A DNA stretch of 63,486 bases, counting the filler, from Rhabdomonas costata (Eukaryota): the NCBI GenBank assembly GCA_019059605.1. It is 57 parts of 57 records of this genome, joined end to end, with 100 filler letters (N's around TTAATTAATTAA, not from the genome) between each part and the next. Parts side by side here need not be neighbours in the genome. Positions count along the whole stretch, not along the records: positions 36,803 to 37,818 come from JAHMHO010033405.1; positions 37,919 to 38,934 come from JAHMHO010033406.1; positions 39,035 to 40,050 come from JAHMHO010033407.1; positions 40,151 to 41,166 come from JAHMHO010033408.1; positions 41,267 to 42,282 come from JAHMHO010033409.1; positions 42,383 to 43,398 come from JAHMHO010033410.1; positions 43,499 to 44,515 come from JAHMHO010033411.1; positions 44,616 to 45,631 come from JAHMHO010033412.1; 49 more parts are not named here. One strand, written 5' to 3'. A program made the position numbers and the translations under genes. How positions within the stretch are numbered: position 1 is the first letter of the stretch; every line of letters begins with the position of its first letter. This document shows positions 36,812 to 50,195 of this stretch, one piece after another. The notes under the pieces are model-generated. The model ran no database searches. It saw only the letters and a list, made by a program, of their open reading frames with translations, and had not been told where the DNA came from.

Positions 36812-36960
36812 GAGGCCGCGGAGAAGGAGCGCAAATTGAAGCGGAAGCTGGAGAAGGAGCGGGTGAAGCGGGAGGCCGCGGAAGAGAAGGAGCTGACCAC
36901 GCTGCAGTTCCTGCTGGCTCACCTGGTGGAGCTGGCGGCGCTCAGCGCGCAGTTTTCGCC
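36812..36960 (+). CDS. Exon of an unknown coiled-coil protein
   Basis: tag|EAAEKERKLKRKLEKERVKREAAEEKELTTLQFLLAHLVELAALSAQFS|gtaagg, with strong GC3 bias. Confidence 0.5.
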
Positions 36961-39900
36961 GTAAGGCTGTGGGGGGTTTCGGACACACTCCTGCCCAAGC
37001 ATGTGTGCGTGAAGCGCATGAGTGTTGTTGTTCACCCGAAAGGGTATGGTTTTGGTTAAAGGATGCAGAGGAAAGCTGAGAGATGGGCGTCTCCGACATC
37101 ACGAGGTGAAGTACAGCAATACCCTTTGTGAAGCGAATGGAACCCTCCATCCCTCGGACAACGCTTTGCTTGCTGAACTTGCGACATGCGTGCGTAACTA
37201 TGACTGCCAGTTGCTTAGGCGTGCATTCTTGCAAAGGGCAGGGTAGTTGATCCCCCTCTTCGCAAAAAGCGAAGGTGCTTGCCCCCCTTCGAACCCTTTG
37301 CTGCGCAAGTGCTGCAGACTATGGAAGAGCACGTGAGTGTGTCTGTGCATGCGCGAGCGCGGGCATGATTATGTGCACTTGTCTTTGATCTTGGGCTACT
37401 CAATGGTGTCAGACCGGCTGCGATTGCATCTGCTGTGTGGACACAAATTTCATTTTTTGCTCTTTCGGCTTAGTATTAGTAGCATTCTCGTCTTACAAAA
37501 AGGCCTGCATCAATCTCGCCAGTTGCTGTCCAACTAGGAAGAATACAAAGCCGATTGGGTTTTACAGCACAGGCGCGCGCGCACAGACCCAAACCTTTTA
37601 AGCGGACTGGCTCCTGAATTGGCCCGCACCACACTTGCAGGATGTGATCAAGCGCTTCAGAGAAGGAATACAAAAACGAGCAGGGGTAACAATGGAGCAA
37701 GACAATCTGCAAATGCATCAGAATAAATCCGCAGAAACACGCCTGGCTTCCACGCTTGTAATCGCGACCCATGCAGTAGTGCACTCAATTCGGTTTCCCA
37801 ATTAGTGCAAACGCAAAANNNNNNNNNNNNNNNNNNNNNNNNNNNNNNNNNNNNNNNNNNNNTTAATTAATTAANNNNNNNNNNNNNNNNNNNNNNNNNN
37901 NNNNNNNNNNNNNNNNNNACGGATTTACGAGGTGACGGTGTCATCATGCTGAATGCACAACTCAGATCCGTGACGTACATCGGCCACATACCAACGCTAC
38001 GCACCATGCAATTCTCCAATTCCGCCGCCCACCACGGCGCACGTTCTCCACCTATATTATATTCTTATATACATCTTCCAGCAAACTTCCCACTACTTTG
38101 ATTTCAGAACTTTCCGCATTGCAAAATTATGCGGAATACCGGTAACGGAGTATGGTTTAACGCCCCATTCCCAGGACCCACCACCGCGGTGCATGTTCGT
38201 GAACTTTCGCAGAAGTAAAAATACCAACACAAACAGGAAGACACCGCAACAGGACAGGAGTGGGTCCACTTACTATACGTCCTTTCCTGCATAAAAGGAG
38301 CATTCTTTGAGATTTTGGGTGAAACGAGCCAACGGGCATCAAAATCGGCACAGCCCACCACACGGATCTCGTTCAGGCGTGATACTGGAACCCCCAACAA
38401 GGTCCTTTTGACAACAAGGAACAGGACTAACCTGTCCTGTGAAACGGCCAGCAGGTGACAGGGTTGTTGGCAAAACTTTTCCAGCGCATGGTTGACCAGA
38501 GATTCAGTAGCAAAACTTGAGATGACGGAGGTCCGACGCACACACGGGGCGTTCTTGGCTGGCTCCTTTCCATTCACGCACACTTCTGACACTGCTACAA
38601 CAACAACCCAGGTGATCGCGTACAAGAGAGCCAGTGACTCCGAACGGTGTCTGGGGTGTGGTAGAGAAGCACGAGGCGGGGCGAGTGTGCAGTTCATATT
38701 AGCAAGCGCCCTCGAAAGGCAGGCACATCTTCTCCATTCATTAGCACTTTCCTGCCTTTTCAGACTAATGCCACGACACCGTGTGGTTTGAAACCAGTGC
38801 AAACCTTGTGAAACAACTACTCGTTCCCACTGATACCGCTGGGAACTGTCACAAGTCACCTCCCCATCCCCTCCCCAACCGCAACACGTGCAGAGCAGCA
38901 CCCCCATTACCACTGATACTGGTTGTCATGCCCANNNNNNNNNNNNNNNNNNNNNNNNNNNNNNNNNNNNNNNNNNNNTTAATTAATTAANNNNNNNNNN
39001 NNNNNNNNNNNNNNNNNNNNNNNNNNNNNNNNNNCATTAAGACCGTCAGTTTGTCTGTTAGCTCCGTTTTGTCCTCGCTCGGGGTCAGCATTTGCCCCTG
39101 TTATGTTTTTTGTTCGGATATTTCCTTTCCCTTTCTTTAATCTGTCGTCATCGCGCTTTTGAACTTCGCCCCCTGTTGTTGCGGGTGTTCGTTTCTGCGT
39201 CATGCCATTGCCTTCTGTTTTTTTGCTGCCTTTTCTCTTTCTTGACGTGAGGCTGAAAGTTTCATGCCTGGTTGCCTTATTTGCCTTTTCTCTTTTCCGG
39301 CGAACACACTGCGTCTCTGTGTACAGGGCACCTTTCCGTCCTTACAAGTCCTCTTCCAGCCATGTCTTCCAAAGTCATGGAACGTCTTTGGTACCCTTTT
39401 CAGTGCTAAGCATTGGCAACGTTGCAAACATAGCTAGTGTCGCCATGTCACCTTCGGAGGTTGCCCCAGAAGTGAACCGGCTGACGTTTGATGTTTTGGA
39501 CGTCCCCCCTCCCCGGTGCCAACTGGTGCTCACGTTCTATTTTTGCTTTTCTCTGGTTTATTTTCTGTTTATATCAGTCTGTTGTCCCGCTGCTTTGAGC
39601 CTTTTTGCTGCTTTCCGCTGTCCCGACTACCGCAACAAGCTCCGCCGTTCACCCACCCCCCCAATTCTCATTCCCCTCATTCTCGCTGGTCAGTTTTGGT
39701 CCAATGGAAGTTGGGGGTGAAGGTAACAGTTACCAGTGGTAACAGTAAACTGCTTCGAAACCATTGTTAAATTAACTTGAGCATGCCAGTACCCTGAAAA
39801 TGACTTTATTTTTGTTATACCAGTGCCCCGTAAATGATTGTTTTTGCTTTGCAGCTGAAAACTTCCGCTAGGTAAGATCTCGCCAATGGCTGGTATATGG

Positions 39901-40150
39901 GCGGACGAGTAGGACGGCATTGGTTTAGGGGCAAAGGCCAGTCCTCGACGCGGCCAGAGTGGAGCCGGCACCGCGGGCTTTTTACGGCTTTTTAACGAAA
40001 AAAAAAACGAAAAATTTTGCTCCCACAGAAATCAAAAAAGAAAAACACAANNNNNNNNNNNNNNNNNNNNNNNNNNNNNNNNNNNNNNNNNNNNTTAATT
40101 AATTAANNNNNNNNNNNNNNNNNNNNNNNNNNNNNNNNNNNNNNNNNNNN

Positions 40151-41089
40151 GGGTTTTGTGAAGATTGGATAAGCTGAGAGTTGATGGAAACTTTCAGTTT
40201 TTCGTGTCTCAGTTCACACTTGGAGCCAAGTTACTGAGAGTTTGTCCTTTTGTTCATGACTTGCACTTGAGGTACCTTTTCATTCAAGGGTTGGAGGCAG
40301 ACATGCAGGCATAGCTGATGACAAAAAGCTTTTGAGTTTTCAGGAAAACGTTGACGCAGCCTGGGAGTTTCACAGGAAACCCATAGCCCCACCCAAGGTC
40401 ATTGTTGTAGCTCCACCAGCAGAGAAAGCGACAGCGAACCCGACCAGAATGGAGCTGGATTCCATGAGATACGGCAACTTGCCGTTTGGAGGGGAGCGGT
40501 ACTTTGACCAGCCACCAGCTCAAATTCAATCACATGGTTCAGAGAGTGAGGTGGTGGTAAGTGCAAGCTCGAGGGGATCGACGGGTGTTGGGACGCCATG
40601 ACGTCAGGAACTTTGCTGGGGGCGATGGCTTCGCCTCCCAGAGGGGTGCTGTTTGTGGAACGTGGAGAGGCGCAAGCCAACGCAGTTGGGACACCGTCAC
40701 CTAGACCCCCATCCCCAACGACCAGAGTGTACCCCAGTGGAGGAAGCTTTTTGAGTTGAGAAAGAGGAGGATTCACCAGAACCGTTTCATCCGTTAGAGA
40801 CACACCAAGAGTAGGGGGTAGACCGGTGGTGTGACAGAGGTCTATCTCGCCTAGATCACCGGAGACAACAAATAACCTTAGGTTGGAAGGGAGAAGCCCG
40901 TTTGCGCAATCACACTTGGACGACGCGGGGGCGCTGAGGTGTTTTTACTGCGGGTCACCAGGCCATTTCATGAAGGATTGCCCGGAAATCAGTTCGAGAG
41001 CGGGGAAGTCCGCACCAACAACATTGTCAGGGAGCACACAGTTTCGGTACGGGGTAATTGTCCCTGTCAAGAAGAAAAACCCAAACTGA
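40151..41089 (+). mobile_element. Degenerate retroelement gag-like sequence with CCHC zinc knuckle
   Basis: LRYLFIQGLEADMQA*LM, AWEFHRKPIAPPKVIVV, RMELDSMRYG, and CFYCGSPGHFMKDC at 40940-40981; contains stops and frameshifts. Confidence 0.75.
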
Positions 41090-41266
41090 AGAGGGTTGGA
41101 GTCGCCACCATTCCAACCCTCTTCAGTTTGGGTTTTTCTTCTTGACAGGGACAATTACCCCCCACCNNNNNNNNNNNNNNNNNNNNNNNNNNNNNNNNNN
41201 NNNNNNNNNNTTAATTAATTAANNNNNNNNNNNNNNNNNNNNNNNNNNNNNNNNNNNNNNNNNNNN

Positions 41267-42282
41267 AGCAAGATGTAGGCGAAAAAGACACCCTAGCTGA
41301 TCAACCGTGGCTCCGCCCAGGGCTTTATGTGGTATCCGGGCTTAAGGAATCGTACCCCTCGTTCCGGCAGGCCTTGTATCCAGTGCTCAGACCCGTTGAG
41401 TTACCCGTCTTTTCCCTGCAAGTATTTTGCTCGTGTTTACCACACAAATGGGACAAACTTATTTCGGGCGGAGGTCAGGGCCGCGGCGGCCGGAGCGGGT
41501 GGCAGTGCCATGGGGTGGGCGTTGCTCCGTTTCGCCTTGCTAAGAGTTTAGCAGTGTAATGTAAATTTAGGTAACCAGTGACCACTACTTTTAACTGACT
41601 TTAACTACTTTCCTGGACTTTGTGTGTGAATCGGAAATTTGACTTTTGACTGGATGCATCCTTTTCAACATAAAATGTTCGTAGAAAAAGACTTTGCATG
41701 GTGGCCAGTTGTTTGGTTGTTTACTCTCGGGCGAGAGAGAGAGAGACGATGGTCTGATTTGCAATTTTACAGCAACATTTTAGCAAAAAGGAGTTAGGTA
41801 TACACTGTACTGAACTGTTTTACGCCCCTTGTGGACAAGTAATATTTAGGAAGTGGCTGTGGACCACAGAAACCACTTTTCTTCAAGAGGAACCTGCAGC
41901 CGAACTCGCAAAATCATCTCTCCCCCCCCCCCATTGGAGCTTTCAATTTGATTTTGCCCCAGACGTCGAACACTGGCCGTTCCCTGAAAGCACTCCTATT
42001 GTCACCGGGCCTATACTGAACCAGAAGCAGCCCCGTCATGTGTGGCACACAAGCGCAGAGCAAATCAGAGCAGGATGAGGCAACATTGCCCCGAAGCCCA
42101 GGGAGGGAGAGGAGGGGAAGAGAAAGCTGCGGAACTCAGCAGAGAATTTCCATTGAGCAAGATGTAGGCGAAAAAGACACCCTAGCTGATCAACCGTGGC
42201 TCCGCCCAGGGCTTTATGTGGTATCCGGGCTTAAGGAATCGTACCCCTCGTTCCGGCAGGCCTTGTATCCAGTGCTCAGACC
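41267..42282. repeat. Contig with exact 127-nt terminal direct repeat (41267-41393 = 42156-42282): 889-bp circular or tandem unit
   Basis: Start and end are identical over 127 nt. Confidence 0.9.
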
Positions 42283-44615
42283 NNNNNNNNNNNNNNNNNN
42301 NNNNNNNNNNNNNNNNNNNNNNNNNNTTAATTAATTAANNNNNNNNNNNNNNNNNNNNNNNNNNNNNNNNNNNNNNNNNNNNGGTTGTGTTTTTATCCTG
42401 CAGTTGTGTGCAACTTCGATATTTCTCCGAGTCAGACCTTGCATTGCACCCGATCTAGCACTTGGCCAGTAGCTTGCGTACTAAACTTCAACTTCCATCT
42501 CAGCTCACGTTATCGGCCCTCTGAAATCTCTATGAAAAATCTTGAAAGAAGTCTCTGAAAACACATTGGTGACCTGCACTGTTGCACCAGATGTCGCCAG
42601 ATTGACGAAAGAGCGGATTAATGAGAGTGCTCTGTTTCAAGAACATCGTACTGTGTTCACCTCCCTATATACTGACACTCAACTCAAAAAAAAACAGTCG
42701 GAATAGAAGCAATAGCACCACCAGGGAAACGTGATGTTTCGCACATACTCTGTCCCTTCGGAGCGCACCTCTTGCATTACCCTAGTTTTGTGTTTTCCGG
42801 AATCCACCACCCCAACAATGCAGAGACACTCTGCCACGGCACTGTGCTGTGCCCTGACCAGGGTCACTGGTGAAGATATCTGACTGACGAGTTCAAGAAA
42901 AGGCTTGCGAAGGCTTTTTTCACCGGAAAGCCTAAATTAGAGTGCAGTATTTTCGGTTGGTGAGAATATTTCTGTTTGGTGTGCCAGCCAGCAGATGCTT
43001 TTTTCTCATCGTAAAGCATTGCAGTGCTTTGAGTTCACCAGGCCCGAAAAAGGTAGAAGCGTTGTCAGTTTTTCGAGCAAACAGGGGGCTCAAAGCCCCC
43101 AAAAAGACCCCCCCGAAAAAAGACCCCGTCTCTACACCAAGGCATATCTGTGCATCTGCTGATCTGTTACGGCTCCAGGGCTCCGAGCTGAACACGCAAA
43201 GGTGATGGAGTGGACAAAGGGCTGACAGCTGAGGAATTTATGTTTTTGAGCGCAGAGCACGTGGGTTGGGGTCTGTCTTGTATCTCCCTCTAATGTCCTG
43301 TGTCTCTTCATGAATTCCACGTGTGCGTGTGCGGGGTACACACTGGCACTGGAATGGGACGATGATGCTGGAGGGTGCCTTTCTTGTTTTTCAGGAACNN
43401 NNNNNNNNNNNNNNNNNNNNNNNNNNNNNNNNNNNNNNNNNNTTAATTAATTAANNNNNNNNNNNNNNNNNNNNNNNNNNNNNNNNNNNNNNNNNNNNTG
43501 TTGTTGGTCTTCCCTCTCCGAGATGCAAAGAGAGGTTTCCTTATATTTTGGCGGCCCTTTCAGCTGCACACGGGGTTTTGGCTCCGGATACGACGATAGT
43601 GATAATGATGTTTGTGGTTTCTGGTTTCTGGCGAAACTTATGCTTATTCTTGTGCGAGATGAGCCCCCCGAAAAGTTCTTTCTGCTGCAGGAGACTTTGT
43701 GCTTTGTTCTTTGCGGCGGCGTGGCTTTTTGCCGACATCATCAACAGTTATCATTCCCGAAAAGATCTTTGGTTGCTTTTTAGCTGTTCGTACCTCGTTC
43801 TGTTGCTTTTTCGATGTTGCCCGATGCACTTCGGCAATTTGGTCTCAGTGCTGTTGAATTTTCCTCCTTTCTTCACTACGTGCGCAAAGCAAGGGAGGAA
43901 GTGTTCGGCCTCTTGTTTTCATGAAGTCGCTTTGAATTGGGATTTGATTCACTTCCGAAACTTATCCATCGCTGGTTCTGTGCGCTGCTGCACGTGCATG
44001 TCCCTATAGTCCCGTGAAGGCGGCTCCGGTGCCACATCACTTGTCGGGACGGGGGCTCAGTTCGTCGTGGATTGGGTTTGGTCCGCCATTGAATTGCATC
44101 TTCCCGTGGAAGCCCATATCAAACTGTTGTTTCCTCGTTGCCAGCAGCGGCTATCTCTCCAACAGCCGAGCCTGGCCAGCCGTTGGTGCCAGCCTGTAAA
44201 CGGAGAACGATCTTCCGAGCAGCCCGTCATCCGTCGCTCGCGTGGTCAATAAGAAAAATCGTTGCTGGCACACCGGCGTGCAGGTGGGCGGACGGTGCGC
44301 GAGCCTACAGTTCTGTCTCTTATCAGTATGCAGGCCTGCAAAGGGCCAAAAAGTGCACCCCAGCCCCTTGAAAATTTGTAGAATTGTCGAAAATGCATTT
44401 AAAAGGTCCAAAATGGGACCTTGAGGGGCCATATCTCGGCGTAGAAAAGGACTCCGAGGCCAGGAAGCGGCCAACCAACTCATCTCAGGAGTACTACCAT
44501 ACCACCAAATATGAGNNNNNNNNNNNNNNNNNNNNNNNNNNNNNNNNNNNNNNNNNNNNTTAATTAATTAANNNNNNNNNNNNNNNNNNNNNNNNNNNNN
44601 NNNNNNNNNNNNNNN

Positions 44616-45051
44616 GTGGTTTTGGGCCGGAAGAGGAAGTGAAGTTAGAACCTACGATATTCATAGCAATGTGCTACAATTTGTTGGTGACTCCTTGTAT
44701 CAGTTTGTTTGCGTCGGCAGAGCACCATAAGCTGCCGCGGTATTTTACAGTTGACGAGAGGGATGGAGAGGCGATGGGCTGCAATGCGTTTGCACACAGA
44801 TGGAGCCCAGATGTGTGTCTGTACTCCAACCCTCCCTGGAGCTCATTCCCCTCATTCCCCATGTTTTGGCAAAGGTATGTCGAGAAAGATCTCGGCTGCT
44901 TTTGGTGACACCAGAGTGGGTTGAATCCCCCTGGTATCATTTGCTGAAAGAGCTGACAATTAGATTCAAGAGGTGGAGTGGGAGATTGTATTTAGGATTC
45001 ACAGGAAATCTTCGACCAAGGACGCGGTGGGCCACGGTGTTTCCTACGTGA
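44616..45051 (+). pseudogene. Retroelement-type DNA N6-adenine methyltransferase domain (DIRS-MT/Dam-like), frameshifted
   Basis: PCISLFASAEHHKLPRYF (motif I-like), NAFAHRW, LYSNPPW (motif IV), then after a frameshift LIPHVLAKV...LLLVTPEWVESPWYHLL. Confidence 0.8.
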
Positions 45052-48000
45052 TTGGAAAAGAGATTGATGGAGTGTAGAGTGTAGTCATTGGGTTATCCAC
45101 AAGTGGGTAAGTGGAGTAGAGTGTGTTATCAGATGGGCAGGAGACGAGCTTTTGATGCTTTGTCCTGTGTGTTTGTGCCTTTGTTTCCCTTTCAGGAGCT
45201 AGGAACAACTCGCCTAAGAAAGAAGAGGAGGGGGAGACGTTCATCCCCTCGAGCTACTTCCACTGCGAGACCCCGGTACTGCGCCCGTGGTGTGCCAAAA
45301 CCACAGCTGAGAGAGAGCCAACCCTCCTGAGGAGCGGTGAGAGAGAGTGCGTGGGTGTGGTGGTGAGGGGTGAGGCTCCACAGCGTTGGTGGTTTGAGAG
45401 GGGAGAAGTGTCGAGAGCTCTGACAAAGCTACTGAGTTCTTTCGAGTTTCTCTTTGAGAGGCTTGACTGAGCGCTGAAGTACTTCCCAGTGTTGCTCAGT
45501 CCAGAGTTGAGAATGTCGCAACCATCTGCAAGTAGAGTAACAGTGGTTAGGGTATGCCAGCTGTAGAGTTCCAGAGTTGCATGTTTTCATCACAAATCAG
45601 AGCTATGATGGTGTGTGATGAAAACAAACAANNNNNNNNNNNNNNNNNNNNNNNNNNNNNNNNNNNNNNNNNNNNTTAATTAATTAANNNNNNNNNNNNN
45701 NNNNNNNNNNNNNNNNNNNNNNNNNNNNNNNGTGTGGGGGTTGGAAACTCATTCTCGCACGCCAGTATCCCCCACCCTGCCTGCATGAAGGAGTTTCCAA
45801 CCCGCAACCGCAAGGCGTACAAGAAGCTTTACCAAGCCCTGGAGTCACCCTCCTCAATCCGCTCCCTGTACGTGCCCTCCCGCTAGCTTTCTTCTCTCTC
45901 GCCCTTCGCCCTTTCTCCTTCTTGTTCCACAATGTTCCTCTCCTTCACTTGGGGAGTTGGGGTGTTTGTGGTCGGAACATAGGACTCAAAACGTCCAGGT
46001 GCTGATGATAGCCAAAAGATTGCGGTTACGCGGAGACGTGCATCGCTCCCCAACCCTGCCTTTGTTTCTTCACTGCAGAGGCCTAGGACAGCAGAAGCGT
46101 CAGCATGAGCAACAACAATTACCCCAAGAAAAAAGGAGTCAGTGCGGTAGGTAGGGGTTGTGCCAGATGCTCTTCAAATGTTAAACTCCTAGGAGCGGGG
46201 ATGGGGGACCGGGTTGCGCGTTGCACACACGTGTCACAACTTATAAAATTGTGTTATAAACCAGGCGTTTTCGGACTTGGATGCCTAAGCGGGTGGTGAA
46301 AACTGTGTTCCACTTCATATCGCTTGTGCTTGTTTTTCAAGCTGAATTTTTCACCTTCTACTACCTGTCCGGGCCAACGTCTCTTCCCAGCAGCATATGC
46401 TGCTAACAGCGCAGAAATACTACCAGGAATGTCACGGAGCGGTGGAACAATGTCCAAAACGTTCTTGGAACAAAAACAACGAAAGTCAGCACAGGCAGAA
46501 GAAGAGAACAAAAACAGACGAACGGTAGGAGCGCGCGTCATGGCGCGGGCCAGAGAAAAACGCACAACACCACAAGGTAGGAACGGGGTGAGCCACTTCC
46601 ACACCGGAAAGGCGACGCGCAGAAACAAACAAAGCAAATACCAACTGTTGTGACCACTTTACATTCTTGTTCTTGGTTGGTATGAAACAACTGAGTGATG
46701 GAGGCTAAGCCGAAGCAGGGCTGCGTCTTTTGTAAACACAACACACCNNNNNNNNNNNNNNNNNNNNNNNNNNNNNNNNNNNNNNNNNNNNTTAATTAAT
46801 TAANNNNNNNNNNNNNNNNNNNNNNNNNNNNNNNNNNNNNNNNNNNNGTTTTTTGGGGCTTTGTAGACCTTTTTAAACTGCTGCGCTCGTCATTGAGAAT
46901 GCCCAAGGCGGAATAAATGACTGTCAGTAAATTGCCCATCTCTCCATTTCATCGATTGTTCTAAAATCTTGACCGCGCTTTGCGACACGACGTGTTCGCC
47001 ATAAGCATTCGTTGAACTGGGAACCGAACCCGATCGCTGGTAGGCCAACTCGCGGGTAGAGCAACCAAGACCGCGACGCAGACAGTTCGAGTCCACTTGT
47101 TCGGCTTGGGGATAAGACCGAGGCCCGGGGACCGCATCCAGGAACAGAGTGTCCAAACGGATTCGCAAGAGCCATCTTCGTGGGCTTTTGCGCCTGTCAA
47201 CTTGGGCTTCAGAAACCGTGGTGCGCACTTGGCCTTTTTCGTGGACTGCGCACCTTTTCACAGACCGTCTTACCATCGCCTGGGGCTTTTAGTCTTTGGT
47301 ACGGGTATCAAATGATGGGTTTTTCTTCGTCTTCATTTTTCTTCTCCTTTTCATAGTTGGACTTTCTGAATTTTTCATCTCATAGCCCCATGGTCGTATC
47401 AACTTGCCGGTAGTACGGGCTATTACACCAAAAATGTTAACAAAAAACAAGACATAACGCTACTTTATGGACGCCTTTTTCATCGCGCGGATTCCATAAG
47501 ACATCGAAGGTGATTTTGTGGTTTTTCGGTGAAACTTCCACCGTTTGCGGCTCCACGTACGGTCTCTGTCCGTATTATCCTTTCAGCAATTCTTCTTTGG
47601 CATCGTCCTGCCATCCTGCTTCTGACACATTCGCACTTACTTCCTCCAAATCTCGCTCTGGAAAACGATGGTACTGCTGCTGTTCTACCGCTACAACCTC
47701 TTCACATTCTGGAAGCTCTTCATCATCAAACTCTTCATCTTTCGCTTCCAGATAGTATTCCTCTTGTCTGGCTGGAATCTCTAAACTCTCCGGAACTAAT
47801 TCACCTTCATTCTCGTCAGGACTCCACACCAGGTCAAGCCCTCGTACTTCCCCACCCCCCCCCNNNNNNNNNNNNNNNNNNNNNNNNNNNNNNNNNNNNN
47901 NNNNNNNTTAATTAATTAANNNNNNNNNNNNNNNNNNNNNNNNNNNNNNNNNNNNNNNNNNNNGTGGTGTGGTTTTGTATCACGGCATTACGGCATCCAT

Positions 48001-49079
48001 TTTGATGGCCTTTTCCAAACATGAGAGCTCGCATCGGGTGAATGTGTGCGGTTTGAAACATTGCAAATCCTCCTCCTTCGTCTTCTTCAGATTGCAGATC
48101 CTGTCTTCGCTAAGCGTTTTTTTTTACCCCGTTTTGGGTAGAGGGATTCCCTCCCCTCTCTTCCTTTGACCTAACCCCCAAGTCTTTCTCTCACCGTGTT
48201 CCCGAGTGAAGATGTCGATCAGAAAATTCGACTCTGCCACCACTACATTCTCTCCGGAAGGTGCTTTCCCGCCCCCTATTAGTGCGGTCTGGCGTATCCG
48301 TGCGTTGCGCTTTTTGTTTGGTGCTCAAAAGCGTGTGCGGAATGAGTTTGTATTCACGCGGGAACGTGGGCTGCGCGCAGCACAGCATTGCAAAATAACG
48401 CGCAAAACCGAACAAGTTGGCATAAGGCCACGGCAAGGGCACTGCTCTTCTCGTTGCTTGGAACGTTATTCGGTGTCTTTTTCGAATCCTTTTCAAGACA
48501 TTGGAGGAATTTGGAGGAGTAGAGGATTCTTAGAACGTCGCTAGAAATACCGAATTCACGTTATGCTATGATGATTGATTTTATAGTAATAATCGGTAAC
48601 GCAGGAAAGATTTTCCATTGGCAAATGCCAGGGTCACGAAGCACCATTACCAGTACCGACCATTTGGCTGTGGGATTCGCAACTCAAGTCACAACCACGA
48701 TCCAAATGAGGCAGCCTGCACCCAGCACCAGGGATCTTGCACCGCCGTGTTGCGCTCTGTCGCCCAAAACCTTCCTGGACAATAAACTTCTTGATGCTCG
48801 GGTGCTTACCTTTTTACGCACACCGCTCGAACCCAACCAGAGGACCCCAATTCAACCCAAATGTAACTTCTTGGTTTTTCTTTGGTAACGTGGCAAAGTT
48901 TACCTCTTCCCCCTCATTCCAAAGTAACCTGAAATGGGCGAGAATTTGCCTCCTGCACTCTGCACCCCCACCCCACACCNNNNNNNNNNNNNNNNNNNNN
49001 NNNNNNNNNNNNNNNNNNNNNNNTTAATTAATTAANNNNNNNNNNNNNNNNNNNNNNNNNNNNNNNNNNNNNNNNNNNN

Positions 49080-50079
49080 GTGGTGTTGTTAGTGGAGTGC
49101 GAAGGTCGTGGCTTAGCGTTGAGTTCATCGAGCGAATGTCACAGAAGTCACTGACCGTCGGATCCGCGTCCAGATGTCTTCGACTTTCTTTTCCCGATCC
49201 TTCCGTGGACTCTGTTTCATCCGTCCCACTCACAACGGGTGGCTGGGGCAACATCCATCGAATTACACATTCACTGTCGGTCGGAGACCTTGGTGGGATT
49301 CGTCTGACGTTCTTTTGGGTGAAAAATTGCGCTGCAAACTGTCGAGATCGCGAGCATCCAGAACCTCGCCGTCGCCGCCTCCTGAGGCTGCTGCGGGCAC
49401 TTGACACTGGCTGGCTGGTGAACTCATCAAGTTGTTCAACCTGCGAGGAGTCTTCTGAAACTGCTTTGTAGCCCATCTTAACTGTGTCAGTCACAATGGC
49501 GGGAGGCAGCGGTGCGCTTGGAATGCAACCTTCATTGCAAATACTTTTTTCAGCCCTTTTCGCTTCTGGGGTAACGGTTTCAGTAGACCAACAGGGCTCT
49601 CGATGTGAAGGCTGTCCTTCCTCCCCAGCTTGGGAGCCTTTTTGGTGGACATGGTGCAACGGGAGGGTGCGGGCAACAGTAGCAGATTGACTGCGTCTCA
49701 GTACCCGAGGATTATTCTCATATTTCGTGGTGCCCATTTCGGGGATTCGAGGCAACGAAAAAGGCAGCGCTCTTCTCGGGGACAAGGAAAAGTCCCGCGT
49801 CCGCATAGACCCCTCAAATTCAAATTCAGACCCTGCCATAGGGGGCATGTGTACAACGGAACTCATGACAAAAGGCCTGGTGGCAGGGGTCTGTGGCAGA
49901 TCCATGGAGGCAGCCACGCACCGGACTTTTCCGACCGAAAATGCCACTGCTGATAGTACAGAGGTGATCGCAATAATGATGAAAACGAGAGATGCAAAGG
50001 TGTCATCCATGCAGGTAACCGGAACCAAAACGGTTAAGACAATGGGAATGGCCAACGCTGCAGCAGGCAGGTCAAGAGC
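49080..50079 (-). CDS. Large exon: two TM helices followed by a long disordered tail (membrane receptor-like, unassigned)
   Basis: About 330 open codons after ccag|; hydrophobic LAIPIVLTVLV and FASLVFIIIAITSVLSAVAFSVGK, then S/P/R-rich sequence. Confidence 0.55.
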
Positions 50080-50195
50080 CTGGCACCAAAAAAACNNNNN
50101 NNNNNNNNNNNNNNNNNNNNNNNNNNNNNNNNNNNNNNNTTAATTAATTAANNNNNNNNNNNNNNNNNNNNNNNNNNNNNNNNNNNNNNNNNNNN

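Noticed and set aside
38104-38913. 269-aa minus-strand ORF and many other 60-200-aa ORFs in the track
   Set aside because: No recognisable motifs, splice structure or host-like codon bias; left uncalled.
41051-41161. Perfect ~50-bp inverted repeat after the gag zinc knuckle
   Set aside because: It sits at the contig end and copies adjacent coding sequence, as expected for an amplification fold-back.
46848-47863. Acidic, stop-interrupted coding-like sequence on the minus strand
   Set aside because: It may be a decayed mobile or viral gene, but I could not assign any domain.
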